From an archaeon (GTDB lineage Archaea; EX4484-52; WAPT01), in NCBI GenBank assembly GCA_029258795.1, contig JAPDKB010000008.1, forward strand, positions 80,043 through 144,042: 64,000 bases of DNA. The letters are read 5' to 3'. The notes under the pieces were generated by a model. That model was not told the origin of the DNA. It saw only the letters and a program-made list of their open reading frames with translations, and searched no databases. Numbering within the stretch: position 1 is the first letter of the stretch; every line of letters begins with the position of its first letter. A program made the position numbers and the translations under genes. Shown here one piece after another: positions 28,850 through 37,735 of the stretch.

Positions 28850-29750
28850 TTAGCGATACCAGCAATACACTGTATGATACACACTTTCTGTTGCTGCACT
28901 AGAACACGACCGCTGAAATTCTATGTTTCTGGTGCTCGGATCCACAAAAAGTGTGAACACGTAAAAACCCCAGCCGTAACAATATTCCTGTGTGTCCACT
29001 TTATTCACATAAGTGAATCCGTTACCTGAAAAAGTAATCAGATCAGTAGCCGAAAAGATAACGTATTTCCCACACTTGATGTGAAGAGTACAACTGCTAC
29101 CATCATTAGCCGTTGTAGTATAAATGAACAATCCCGTTCCAGCACCAGGGTTAATACAGCAAATTAGTTGTTTTGCAGCCGAAGGTAACGCCCCAATGAC
29201 CTTTGTTCCTGTTTCAGTTCCGCTAAAACTTGCACTCCCAAGAAGTTTCCATGGAGTCGATACATCGGCAAATGGATGATCGTAACAGGAGGTTGCTGGA
29301 GTTCCAGCAGCAAGCAAGTCACTTGCCTCATACCCATCAAGCTTGTCGGCATTTAAGCCAGAAGAAATCCCTCCGCTTGAATTTATTGTTACAGTGCCGC
29401 CGTTTAAAATCAGGTTTCCTTCTGAGTCCTCTCGAACGGATGAAGATATCAGCGTATCTGAATCACTCCATTTAGCCATGAAGTTTGAAGTGCCTGAGCC
29501 ATCAACCGGTGGGAGGGAGCCATATTTTGCCCTGCGAATTAAATCCGGATACGAAGCTTCCGGAGGGGCATGTGCCTAAAGAGCTCCAGTTGATCACGCT
29601 TGAAGTTATTGTTTCTCCGTTGGCGGAGATGGGTTTTCCGCTTTTTGTTATTATTTCGTCGAGGTAGTGGTAGACTTAGGGGTGGGAGAAGTTTGTGACA
29701 GCCATGACAGTAAGTGCTGTAGCTAATATCCACATTAACGTTTTTTTCAT
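28850..29750 (-). pseudogene. Disrupted paralog of the 26117-27361 fibre gene with a different C-terminal domain
   Basis: Reads MKKTLMW..SHP*VYHYLDEII..VINWSSLGTCPSGSFVSGF. In-frame TAA at 29676-29678 where the paralog has Gln, and a frameshift near 29520; the 28850-29479 part remains open. Confidence 0.85.
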
Positions 29751-29808
29751 GATCTTTTTCCTGAGTTAGAAAGTTATATAATTTACGTCCCGGGTACGAT
29801 GCAAAATT

Positions 29809-31362
29809 TCACTTTTCCTTCAACCCCTCCTCCGTTACCTCTCCCACCACATCATCCTCCAGCTTTTTGCCTGTTTTCTTCTCCCACTCCTCCACGCTCA
29901 TACCGTACTGTTCGTTTATCTTATCCCTGTAAACCTCGGGGAACACGTTGTAAGTACAGAATGGGATTATCCTGCCGTCGGGAGTGGCATAATGAATGCA
30001 GCACCTCTTGACACGCTCTATATCATAGTTGTAGGGATCCTGAAAGTGCATCATACCTATGAAAAGGGCTTTCCAGTGGAACTCTCCCAAGCTGGAGTAG
30101 TCAGCGTTCCTGAAAATATCGGTCAGTATCTTCTTTATATCCATCCCTTTCGGCGCTTTCTCCTGATCAACAACTTTATTCAGCCCCGCTATCAGCTTGG
30201 CAAGAGCTTTGGCTTTTCCTATCTTACTCTGCAAATTCTCCTGAGCCATTGAGTTGAGCAGGGTGATGAAGCCCGGCACATCTATGAAATCAGTTATGGG
30301 TATAATGCCACGTGAATCATCAAGGAAAATGTATGTAGCCATACCGCAGTGTGGATGGGTGGTGAACTCAACCTGAGGCGCTCCTTTCACAGCTTCGACA
30401 AATCTTGAGACGGGCACTACCGTTGGTACGGGATAGAAGGCATTGGCTGGAATCTTTCCGTTTGTTTGTTCTTCAATCCCATGAATGACATCGGGAATTG
30501 TGATGCGCATCTTCTCCCTCATCTTTGCGGGCATGCTCCCCACGAACGAAACGGGCTGGAAGTTCACACCTCTAACTATGTCTATGTTCTTAACGGCAAA
30601 CTCGATTATCGCCCCGAGCTCGTGATCGTTAACTCCTTTTATCACAGTTGGTACAAGCACCACAGGCATCTTCGCATCTCTCAGAGCATCAAGAATGGCG
30701 GGAATGTATTTGTGGTTTTTGGGGTTTGTCTTTTCAGTCACACCGTCAAAGCTCAGATAAACCACGTTAACTCCAGCCTTCCTGAACTCTTTTGCAAGTT
30801 CTGGTTCTCTCGCAAATCTCAAGCCATTCGTGTTTAGCTGGATGTGAGAAAAGCCAAGCTTTTTGGCTTCCTTAACGATCTCTATCATATCATCTCTCAT
30901 CAAAGGTTCTCCGCCCGTGAACTGAACAGCTGGAGTTGGCACTGGTTTGTTTGACCTCAGAACCTTCAGCATGTCCACTATAACCTCAAAATCGGGCTCG
31001 TAAACATAGCCCTGCGCTCCTGCATTTGCGAAACAGTACCAGCATCTCAGGTCACAGCGGTTGGTCACGAACACATTCGCAAGTACCGTGTGGCTTTTGT
31101 GGAAGTTGCACAGTCCGCACGCCCAGGGGCATGCATCCTCACTCGAAGCTTTTATCTTCGGATTTTCCACTCCTCTTCCATCGTTAGCATACTTCTTTGC
31201 CTGCAGGTACATGTAGTAGTCGCTCCAGTAAACTTCCTTGAACTCGCCGTGTTCCTCACATCTCTTTATTATGTAAACTTTACCCCCTTCCTCAACTATA
31301 TCGGCTGAAAGAACACGTTTGCATTCCGGACATACCGACTTGGTCTTGCCTATAATCCGCAT
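29809..31362 (-). CDS. tes: Radical SAM tetraether lipid synthase (Tes/GDGT-MAS, MJ0619-like)
   Basis: SVCPEC..CEEHG, CPWACGLCNFH, TNRCDLRCWYCFA, RGVNFQPVS, HPHCG and RCCIHYATPDGRIIPFC. Confidence 0.85.
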   Translation of the reverse strand: MRIIGKTKSVCPECKRVLSADIVEEGGKVYIIKRCEEHGEFKEVYWSDYYMYLQAKKYANDGRGVENPKIKASSEDACPWACGLCNFHKSHTVLANVFVTNRCDLRCWYCFANAGAQGYVYEPDFEVIVDMLKVLRSNKPVPTPAVQFTGGEPLMRDDMIEIVKEAKKLGFSHIQLNTNGLRFAREPELAKEFRKAGVNVVYLSFDGVTEKTNPKNHKYIPAILDALRDAKMPVVLVPTVIKGVNDHELGAIIEFAVKNIDIVRGVNFQPVSFVGSMPAKMREKMRITIPDVIHGIEEQTNGKIPANAFYPVPTVVPVSRFVEAVKGAPQVEFTTHPHCGMATYIFLDDSRGIIPITDFIDVPGFITLLNSMAQENLQSKIGKAKALAKLIAGLNKVVDQEKAPKGMDIKKILTDIFRNADYSSLGEFHWKALFIGMMHFQDPYNYDIERVKRCCIHYATPDGRIIPFCTYNVFPEVYRDKINEQYGMSVEEWEKKTGKKLEDDVVGEVTEEGLKEK

Positions 31363-31426
31363 GGTATCACAGCGTTATTTAATGTGCAGGAAATCTTTAA
31401 GTAATTTCCGATAAAGGCAAAAGCCG

Positions 31427-31687
31427 TTATATAAGGGTCACACTTATGGTTTCCACATCACCCGCTCCTTCTATGGATTTCAGCTTTTCCTCGAGTTTTT
31501 CCACCACGCCACCCTCATCAGCAACCAAAAACACAGCTTCTATGGCTTTCAAACCAAACGCGACAGGCACGACTTTTATGTCCTTAAGTTCAAGACCCAT
31601 CCCCTCGATTTCATTCTTTATTTTGTCAACATCCACCTCGACGCTCTCCGGCATTATCCTCATACTCACTGCCACTTTCCTGCCCAT
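31427..31687 (-). CDS. ef1b: Translation elongation factor aEF-1beta
   Basis: RIMPESVEVD and PVAFGLKA. Confidence 0.93.
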   Translation of the reverse strand: MGRKVAVSMRIMPESVEVDVDKIKNEIEGMGLELKDIKVVPVAFGLKAIEAVFLVADEGGVVEKLEEKLKSIEGAGDVETISVTLI

Positions 31688-31712
31688 ATCTCACACCTCT
31701 ACCCTGTTTAAT

Positions 31713-31892
31713 TCACGGCCCCACAAAACCGCACGCGGGACATTTATATTCGTTAACAAGAACCTTGCACTTCTCGCATCTGATTATCTTTGCCTCTCCG
31801 CAGGACGGACATGGAAATTCCACAAAATTTTCACCTGCTCCTATAACACCATTACACGATGTGCAGCGCTTTATCGTCATTTCCTTCGCCAT
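31713..31892 (-). CDS. Zn-ribbon protein (DUF1610/HVO_2753-like), missed by the ORF track
   Basis: Translated by hand: MAKEMTIKRCTSCNG..FPCPSCGE..IRCEKCK..YKCPACGFVGP*. GAGGTGA RBS; usual position upstream of aEF-1beta. Confidence 0.92.
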   Translation of the reverse strand: MAKEMTIKRCTSCNGVIGAGENFVEFPCPSCGEAKIIRCEKCKVLVNEYKCPACGFVGP

Positions 31893-32003
31893 TTCGATTC
31901 ACCTCGCTAAGCATGATGCGAAAAAGGACAACTAATTTAACAGGGGGAAAATTTATAAACATTTTTAGCTTTTCTCCAAAAAGAAGTTGTAAGAGAAATT
32001 GGT

Positions 32004-32106
32004 GGACCCGTAGTTTAGCCTGGACAGAATGGAGGCTTGCGGAGCCTCTGACCCGGGTTCAAAAGAACTGTGTTATCTCGTTCTGAAAATCCCGGCGGGT
32101 CCGCCA
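32004..32106 (+). tRNA. tRNA-Arg(GCG) with a 26-nt intron at 59/60 (32064-32089)
   Basis: Acceptor stem GGACCCG/CGGGTCC, anticodon GCG at 32039-32041, encoded CCA, and a strict BHB (TTCA/TGAA) in the T-loop. Confidence 0.93.
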
Positions 32107-32188
32107 CCGCGCTTTTTTCAAAATTGTGCCATTGGGAGCCATCACTTATATATATTTTTAAGAACTCAAACAATAATGAGGTGATGGC

Positions 32189-32908
32189 TTGCCCGAAAAA
32201 AACAAGCTTGATGATGTTGAGATCAACAGATTGAAAGCCATCGTTGGAATGGGGGATAAATCTTCTTCTCAAGACGATGCCGGAAAGCTCGCTGAAGCAC
32301 TTGAGAAGCTCGAGGGAGAGAAGAAAAAGCTTGAAGAGTTGAGGAAAAGTGTTGTGGCTACAAATGCTCCTCCCAAACCCCAGCGGGAAGTAAAAGAGAG
32401 TGCAGCTAGAATAGAGAGTGCTGCCAAAAAAGAGGAAAGTGCGGAGAAAAAAGTAAGGAGGGACGATGTTAAGCTGAGAGAGAGTGCAAAGAAGCTCGTG
32501 GAAAAGCTCAAAGAAAGTGGGAAAGTTGCTGAAAGAATTCAAACATCTGATGCTGGGCTGAGGATCGGTGGGGTGAAAAAATCCAATAAGGATCTTTTTG
32601 TCAAGATAGATGAGCATAGGGAAATAGCGGAGCAGCTTATCCTTGCAAAGGAAGCGATAAAGGAAATAGCGGAAACAGTGGAGCTTCTTGCCAAAGCCGA
32701 GTCGATAAAGGAGGAAGCGATAAAGAGGTTGGAGGAAAGCTTGGATAAGATAGATCATGCCTGGAAAAGGGCGCTTGAGCTTCTGGAGGAGGGAGACAAA
32801 ACCTACCCCGAATATTATGATGAGAGCAGCACGATTAAGGGAGATGAGTACTACCAGCTCAAGGTGGAGCTGGAAAGGTTAAGGAAAATCCTGGAAAAGA
32901 TAAAGTGA
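32189..32908 (+). CDS. Coiled-coil hypothetical protein
   Basis: Highly K/E-rich helical ORF with a GAGGTGA RBS; contains LFVKIDEH. Confidence 0.75.
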   Translation: MPEKNKLDDVEINRLKAIVGMGDKSSSQDDAGKLAEALEKLEGEKKKLEELRKSVVATNAPPKPQREVKESAARIESAAKKEESAEKKVRRDDVKLRESAKKLVEKLKESGKVAERIQTSDAGLRIGGVKKSNKDLFVKIDEHREIAEQLILAKEAIKEIAETVELLAKAESIKEEAIKRLEESLDKIDHAWKRALELLEEGDKTYPEYYDESSTIKGDEYYQLKVELERLRKILEKIK

Positions 32909-32997
32909 AATTAAAGATGGTGAGTAAGGATTGTTGTTCCTTCTGTGCTTTTCATCAAAACTTTAAAAATTAAGCCATGAAAATAATTCTGTTCTGT

Positions 32998-33188
32998 GCG
33001 GGGGTTGCCGAGCCTGGTCAAAGGCGCGGGACTCAAGGGCGCAGGGCTCTTGAGTGATGAGCCAACACGGCAATGATATGATGTGCTGAGTTATCCCGTG
33101 GCTCAGTGCCTTCGTGGGTTCGAATGCTGCGGAGAAAGCTGAATAATTGCTGGAGGCTTCGCAGCTGAAAGTCCCACCCCCCGCACCA
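32998..33188 (+). tRNA. tRNA-Leu(CAA) with two introns: 37/38 (33038-33092) and 59/60 (33125-33171)
   Basis: Acceptor stem GCGGGGG/CCCCCGC, anticodon CAA at 33034-33036, long variable arm, BHB helices CTCA/TGAG and TTCG/TGAA, encoded CCA. Confidence 0.92.
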
Positions 33189-33276
33189 CACCTTATCTCC
33201 GCTTTTTCTTATGTTTGGATTTTTGGACTCTCGAGATACCCACAGTCATTTAAAGCTTACTACCTCAACAATCCTC

Positions 33277-33906
33277 GTGCGGTTGCAGGTTGCGCTTGAT
33301 TTTGTGAAGCTGGAAGATGCTTTGAAAGTTGCCAGTGCTGTTTCTCCATACGTGGATATCCTGGAGGCGGGTACTCCCCTTATAAAAGCTGAGGGGATGA
33401 AGGCGGTAAGAGAGCTATCACAGCTTGGTCTGCCTGTCATGGCGGACATGAAAACAATGGACACTGGCTATCTGGAAGTTGAGCTTGCAGCAGTCAATGA
33501 TGCCAAAATAGTTAGCGTTATGGGCTTAGCGGATGATGCCACCATAGCTTCGGCAATGGAAGCCGCAAGGGATTACGGTGTTGAAATCATGGTGGATATG
33601 ATGAATGCAATAAGTGAGGAAAACATAAAACGCGTCGCAGGTTTCAGACCGAATTATTTGCTGGTGCATGTTGGGATAGACCAGCAGGAAGCCGGAAAGA
33701 GCACGCTTGAACAGTTTGAGAAGATGGTGATGCTAGCTGGTAAGGATGTTAATTTTGCTGTTGCCGGCGGGCTGGATGAAGATGAGATAAAGAAACTTCC
33801 GAAAACCGAGAGGCTGGAAATTGTGGTGGTTGGCGGAGCGATAATAAGGAGGGAAAACCCCGCAGAGAGGGCAAAGATAATCTCGGATGTGGTGAAAAGC
33901 ATATGA
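33277..33906 (+). CDS. hps: 3-hexulose-6-phosphate synthase
   Basis: RLQVALD, EAGTPLIK, ADMKTMDTG, HVGID and VAGG; GTG start at 33277 after TTTAAA. Confidence 0.92.
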   Translation: MRLQVALDFVKLEDALKVASAVSPYVDILEAGTPLIKAEGMKAVRELSQLGLPVMADMKTMDTGYLEVELAAVNDAKIVSVMGLADDATIASAMEAARDYGVEIMVDMMNAISEENIKRVAGFRPNYLLVHVGIDQQEAGKSTLEQFEKMVMLAGKDVNFAVAGGLDEDEIKKLPKTERLEIVVVGGAIIRRENPAERAKIISDVVKSI

Positions 33907-34502
33907 AGGTTTATAGGGTGGCTAGGGATTACCTTCTCAAGAGCATAGAGAAAAATCTGCGCAATGTGGATGAGGGCGCTGTCAACAAGTTTATAGAGCT
34001 GCTTGAGAAGGCGAAGACGGAGGGGAGGCGTGTCTTTCTCATCGGAGCTGGGAGAAGCGGTCTGGTGGCAAAGGCAGTGGGGATGAGACTGGTGCATCTG
34101 GATATTGAGGCTTATGTTGTTGGGGAGACCATCACAAGACCCCTGCACAAAGGAGATATCGTCATTGCGATATCGGGATCAGGGGAGACGACTTCTGTTG
34201 CTTCAGTTGTTAAGAAGGCAAGGGAGCTTGGGGGTGTTGTGGTTGCGATAACCTCAAAGCCATCATCCACCATAGGAAAACTTGCGGACATCATGATAAA
34301 GCTTGAAAGTAAAAGGCCGGAGGATGATGAATCCAACTATCTTGTGAGGCAGATAGAGGAAAGGAAAGCTCCGATCTCACCGCTTGGAACTCTTTTTGAG
34401 CTTTCAGCACTCATTTTCCTTGACAGCATGATAAGCGAGCTTGGGGCCAGACTTGAGATGGATGAGGAGGATATGAGAAAGAGGCACACGAACATAGAGT
34501 AA
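33903..34502 (+). CDS. phi: 6-phospho-3-hexuloisomerase
   Basis: GAGRSGL, VVGET, ISGSGET, PLGTLFE and RHTNIE. Confidence 0.93.
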   Translation: MKVYRVARDYLLKSIEKNLRNVDEGAVNKFIELLEKAKTEGRRVFLIGAGRSGLVAKAVGMRLVHLDIEAYVVGETITRPLHKGDIVIAISGSGETTSVASVVKKARELGGVVVAITSKPSSTIGKLADIMIKLESKRPEDDESNYLVRQIEERKAPISPLGTLFELSALIFLDSMISELGARLEMDEEDMRKRHTNIE

Positions 34503-34551
34503 CGGTTTAAGCTTTTACCCTAGTCAGTTCTGTAAATTTAATTGTTGGTAA

Positions 34552-34851
34552 AAACATCAAAAAAGCTTAGGTAAAAAGAAGGTAACTGTTCCTTCTGCAG
34601 ATATTGATTGGGTTGAAGAATTTTATTTGAAAAATGGTTATAAACCTGTCCAATTCTTAGTAAAAGTAAAAAAGGAAAAGCTTTCAAAAGATTATAAAAA
34701 TAAAGGATATAAAATCCTAAATGAAAGAGCAGAAGGAAAATACAAAATATTTTACATAAACATAAGAAAGTATGATCCAAAATTAAGAGAAAGATTAAAG
34801 ATATTATTTAATGCTGATGAAGTAATTTATATAATGGAAAAGAAGTTATAA
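34552..34851 (+). pseudogene. 5'-truncated GNAT acetyltransferase-like fragment (AT-rich)
   Basis: Open frame from 34552 reads ..KSLGKKKVTVPSA..VEEFYLKNGY, the GNAT C-terminal FYxKxGY pattern; the N-terminal part is absent. Confidence 0.55.
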
Positions 34852-34924
34852 AATGTTCCTTCCACCAGAGCATCTGCAACTCTGCGCAAAATCAAAGATT
34901 TTGCTTGCCTCACTCCGTTCGGTC

Positions 34925-35019
34925 GTTGAACAAGCGTTATCAGGTTCGCCGGACGCTCACGCTGGCTCACCCAAATTTGTGCCAAAGGCACAAACTTCTG
35001 ATAACGCTATATGTTAAGT
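34925..35019 (+). mobile_element. attC-like recombination site (integron cassette type)
   Basis: AAC-A-AGCGTTATCAG ... CTGATAACGCT-ATAT-GTTAAGT (GTTRRRY), with inner hairpin TTTGTGCC-AAA-GGCACAAA. Confidence 0.65.
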
Positions 35020-35040
35020 CCAATCAGCCTCGGGGCGCAT

Positions 35041-35562
35041 TTAAAGAATGTTGAATTTAAAAAGAACAACAATAATTAAAAAAATTAAATTGAATAACAT
35101 AAAGTAATTTTCTGAAATTCCTTTAATATTTTTGTCTTTAATTCTTTGCATCCATTTCTTTGAGTTTTCAGATTTAATGAATAAATTGTCTGGGATAAAA
35201 ATTCCCAAACCTTCCTTTTTCTTTATCTTCAAAAATAGAGCAAAAGGATAAGTTTCAAAGACACATAAATAATCTAAGAAAATATGACTCGCATATGGAA
35301 TTAAAACTAATATAAAGAAAATCTTATCTATCATACCAAGAATAAACGAAAGAAGTAAGCCAATTATAATCAAACCAAATGGCTCTTGAATCCATGTTCT
35401 TCTATGATACCATGGAGCTTTTTTGTTGAATTTATGATCATAATCTATTAAGATGCCAAATATTAAAGAAAACAAAATTGTGAGCAGTATATTGACTGAA
35501 CTGAATGGAATAAGTAGTAAGCATACACCAATAGCAAAAATGAAATGGTTTAGCCAATTCAT
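35041..35562 (-). CDS. Membrane-bound metal-dependent hydrolase (YdjM-like), very AT-rich
   Basis: N-terminal H, IDYDH, HRRTWIQE and SHIFLD with TM helices. Confidence 0.75.
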   Translation of the reverse strand: MNWLNHFIFAIGVCLLLIPFSSVNILLTILFSLIFGILIDYDHKFNKKAPWYHRRTWIQEPFGLIIIGLLLSFILGMIDKIFFILVLIPYASHIFLDYLCVFETYPFALFLKIKKKEGLGIFIPDNLFIKSENSKKWMQRIKDKNIKGISENYFMLFNLIFLIIVVLFKFNIL

Positions 35563-35659
35563 TAAACATTAGTAAATTTGGATATTATAAACATTTAGTG
35601 CCCATCGGCTGACTTCTCCGAATTGCTTCACAATTCTCGACCGCTTCAAGTATTCGTGG

Positions 35660-35841
35660 GGACTTAACAGCAATTTAACGGAAAATCCCACTTTTTTATA
35701 AAGAAGTCCTGTTTCTATATAGCCTTGCAGGAATTTTCCCAAATTTCCCACGCTTCGCTTCGGTGCTAACGCACTCGGACAACAGGTGGATATGTGGTTC
35801 GCTTCGCTCACACAAATTTGCTCACTTCGTTGGATTTTTCC
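35660..35841 (+). repeat. Second, degenerate attC-like palindromic element
   Basis: ACTTAAC (RYYYAAC) at 35662-35668, GGAAAATCC...GGATTTTTCC arms and internal CGCTTCGCT motifs; the right end is not intact. Confidence 0.5.
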
Positions 35842-35907
35842 CAAGTTCGCCTTTAATGAACTTCATAAAACGAAATAGCCATACCAACGATAAGATTACA
35901 GAATTGC

Positions 35908-36234
35908 CTAGTCCTTCACCAGAATTTCTATCTCCTTCCCTTCAATAATGTCCACAACATCGTTGCAGAAAGGACATCTTATGAAGTGAACGTGAGCAGG
36001 GATGTCCACCTCTCCTTCATACCCGCAAGTCCTGCATCTTATTTTCGGCTTGATTTCGATGAACTCCAGCTTTATTCTCTCAAGCGCTGTGCCTTTAATC
36101 ATGCTTTCTATCGCGAACCTCACAAAATCAACATTACCATTCAGCTTGCTGAGCTTGATGTACACTCTATTAGGGAGCTCTCCCATGTTCAGAAGGGAGT
36201 TGTATATTTTCTCCACAGTATCAAACTCATGCAT
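35908..36234 (-). CDS. hypA: Hydrogenase nickel chaperone HypA
   Basis: N-terminal MHE, CRTCG, CPFC and IIEGKE. Confidence 0.88.
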   Translation of the reverse strand: MHEFDTVEKIYNSLLNMGELPNRVYIKLSKLNGNVDFVRFAIESMIKGTALERIKLEFIEIKPKIRCRTCGYEGEVDIPAHVHFIRCPFCNDVVDIIEGKEIEILVKD

Positions 36235-36293
36235 AGTATCAATTATTATTCTCCATTGCATTATAAAAACTTTTATTCATAGGGAAATATAGC

Positions 36294-36695
36294 ATGAAGA
36301 AAAAAGAAAAAAACAGGAGCTCAATTCTCGTGCTGTGTGTGTATGCCTACGGTGTTGCAAGTGTCGTGTTCCCTTTGTTTGGAGGGATAGTACTCCTTCC
36401 AGTGTTCAATTATTTTTCAGTTGCGTTGCCCTTCCTAAAACACATGGCACAGCTATGGGCGTTTGTCGCGGGGCTCAACGCTTCAGCACTTTATCTGGCG
36501 AGAGAAGGCTATACCGAGCTAGCAAGAAAAATTTTCAATTTTGCAACGATTGCCGGCATAGTTACTTTTGCTGCTTTCGGCATAGCACCGTTCTTATCCA
36601 TACTTGCATCAAGCCACGTCAGCTTTTATGAGAAAGTGGTGCGCCATGAAAAGAAGCGTGATCATGTGCATAGGAAACGAGTTAAGAGGAGATGA
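36294..36695 (+). CDS. Hypothetical membrane protein
   Basis: Three hydrophobic segments; overlaps the protease gene. Confidence 0.55.
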   Translation: MKKKEKNRSSILVLCVYAYGVASVVFPLFGGIVLLPVFNYFSVALPFLKHMAQLWAFVAGLNASALYLAREGYTELARKIFNFATIAGIVTFAAFGIAPFLSILASSHVSFYEKVVRHEKKRDHVHRKRVKRR

Positions 36696-37071
36696 TGGCG
36701 TAGCTCTTCTGTTTTACGACATGCTGAAGAGAGATGAAGAGGTAAGCGGGATTGCAGATGTGGTTAAGATTGGTTCAGCGCTAACAATCAAACCAGCAGA
36801 AAATGCTGAGAAAATCATTGTGATTGATGCTGTGGATTTTGGTGGAGAGGTGGGAGAGGTGAAGGTGTTAGAGCTGGATGATTTGGATGAGGTAGCGGGC
36901 TTCACCCACAAACCCTCCCTAAGGATAATGTTGGGCTCGTTGAACACGAGAGATGTGTATATAGTAGGGATTCAGCCGAAGAATTTAGGGATTGGAGAGG
37001 AAATAAGTGAGGAATGTCTGAGCGCTTATGATAAGGTAAGGAGTGTCATCCTCCAAATTCTTTCATCCTGA
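36646..37071 (+). CDS. Hydrogenase maturation protease (HycI-like)
   Basis: IGNELRGDDG, IVIDAVD, TH and GIQP. Confidence 0.9.
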   Translation: MKRSVIMCIGNELRGDDGVALLFYDMLKRDEEVSGIADVVKIGSALTIKPAENAEKIIVIDAVDFGGEVGEVKVLELDDLDEVAGFTHKPSLRIMLGSLNTRDVYIVGIQPKNLGIGEEISEECLSAYDKVRSVILQILSS

Positions 37072-37383
37072 CGCGTATTTTTTTCTGAGTTCCTCGATCA
37101 TGGATACAAGGGGCTTCACGTCCTCCATGACCTCGGGGTGTGTGTTCTCAAGCTCCTTCAGCGCGTTTTCGTAAACCATCCGCGGGAGCTCGCCATCTCT
37201 CTTCATCTCCATTAGATAGGAGGCGTAGCTCCTCACAGCGTACATGAACTCGCGCAAACTCTCAACTCTTATCTCATCCACCAGCGGCATCCAGGCCTCA
37301 AGCACAAAATTGTTGAGTTCTGCAAGCGTTATCAGCTTCCTTATCGTTCTCCTATCCTCTTCACTTACCTTCAGCTTTACCAC
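37063..37383 (-). CDS. Hypothetical protein at the end of the hydrogenase operon
   Basis: Helical ORF overlapping the NuoI-like gene; start uncertain. Confidence 0.6.
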   Translation of the reverse strand: MVKLKVSEEDRRTIRKLITLAELNNFVLEAWMPLVDEIRVESLREFMYAVRSYASYLMEMKRDGELPRMVYENALKELENTHPEVMEDVKPLVSMIEELRKKYASG

Positions 37384-37735
37384 CTCCTGCCTTGAAATGC
37401 ACCACCCTCGGCATCTCGGTTAATCTGGGGTGCACCATACTGAAGTGTTTTGTGAGGTGGATTGCATTTGCCTTTATCACCTCGCTGCACACTTCTTGGC
37501 ATGCTCCACAATATATGCATTTTTTCATATCATAGCTCCAGCTTTTGTTGGGCTCGACCTTTATTGCTCCTGTGGGACATACGCGCTGGCATGCTCCACA
37601 ATATATGCATTTTTCAGGTAGATGGTAGAGCTTGCCCCTGAACCCATCCGGCACCCTAGCTCCTTCGTAAGGATAAAGCCGGGTGGCATATTTCCTGAGC
37701 ATTGAAGTGAAAACGTGCCTGAAGAGTTTAAACAT
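37361..37735 (-). CDS. mbhN: 2x[4Fe-4S] subunit (MbhN/NuoI-like)
   Basis: CIYCGACQRVCP, CIYCGACQEVC and TRLYP..GFRG. Confidence 0.88.
   Translation of the reverse strand: MFKLFRHVFTSMLRKYATRLYPYEGARVPDGFRGKLYHLPEKCIYCGACQRVCPTGAIKVEPNKSWSYDMKKCIYCGACQEVCSEVIKANAIHLTKHFSMVHPRLTEMPRVVHFKAGGGKAEGK

Noticed and set aside
29676-29678. Stop-codon reassignment (TAA read as Gln) in the second fibre gene
   Set aside because: Many intact genes here end in TAA, and the same gene also has a frameshift; a CAA-to-TAA mutation is simpler.
26880-29680. Diversity-generating retroelement TR/VR pair formed by the two fibre paralogs
   Set aside because: Differences are spread over all bases and are often synonymous rather than adenine-specific, and no reverse transcriptase is in the window.
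33005-33073. Cis-guided methylation of the tRNA-Leu D-arm by its own intron (CGGCAA/TTGCCG and GGGCTC/GAGCCT)
   Set aside because: Only 6-7 bp of pairing, too short for a canonical C/D guide duplex.
33125-33171. Tandem-intron reading of the tRNA-Leu T-loop intron (internal TGAA-TA)
   Set aside because: A 9-bp helix GCTGCGGAG/CTTCGCAGC closes the whole 47 nt as one well-formed BHB intron.
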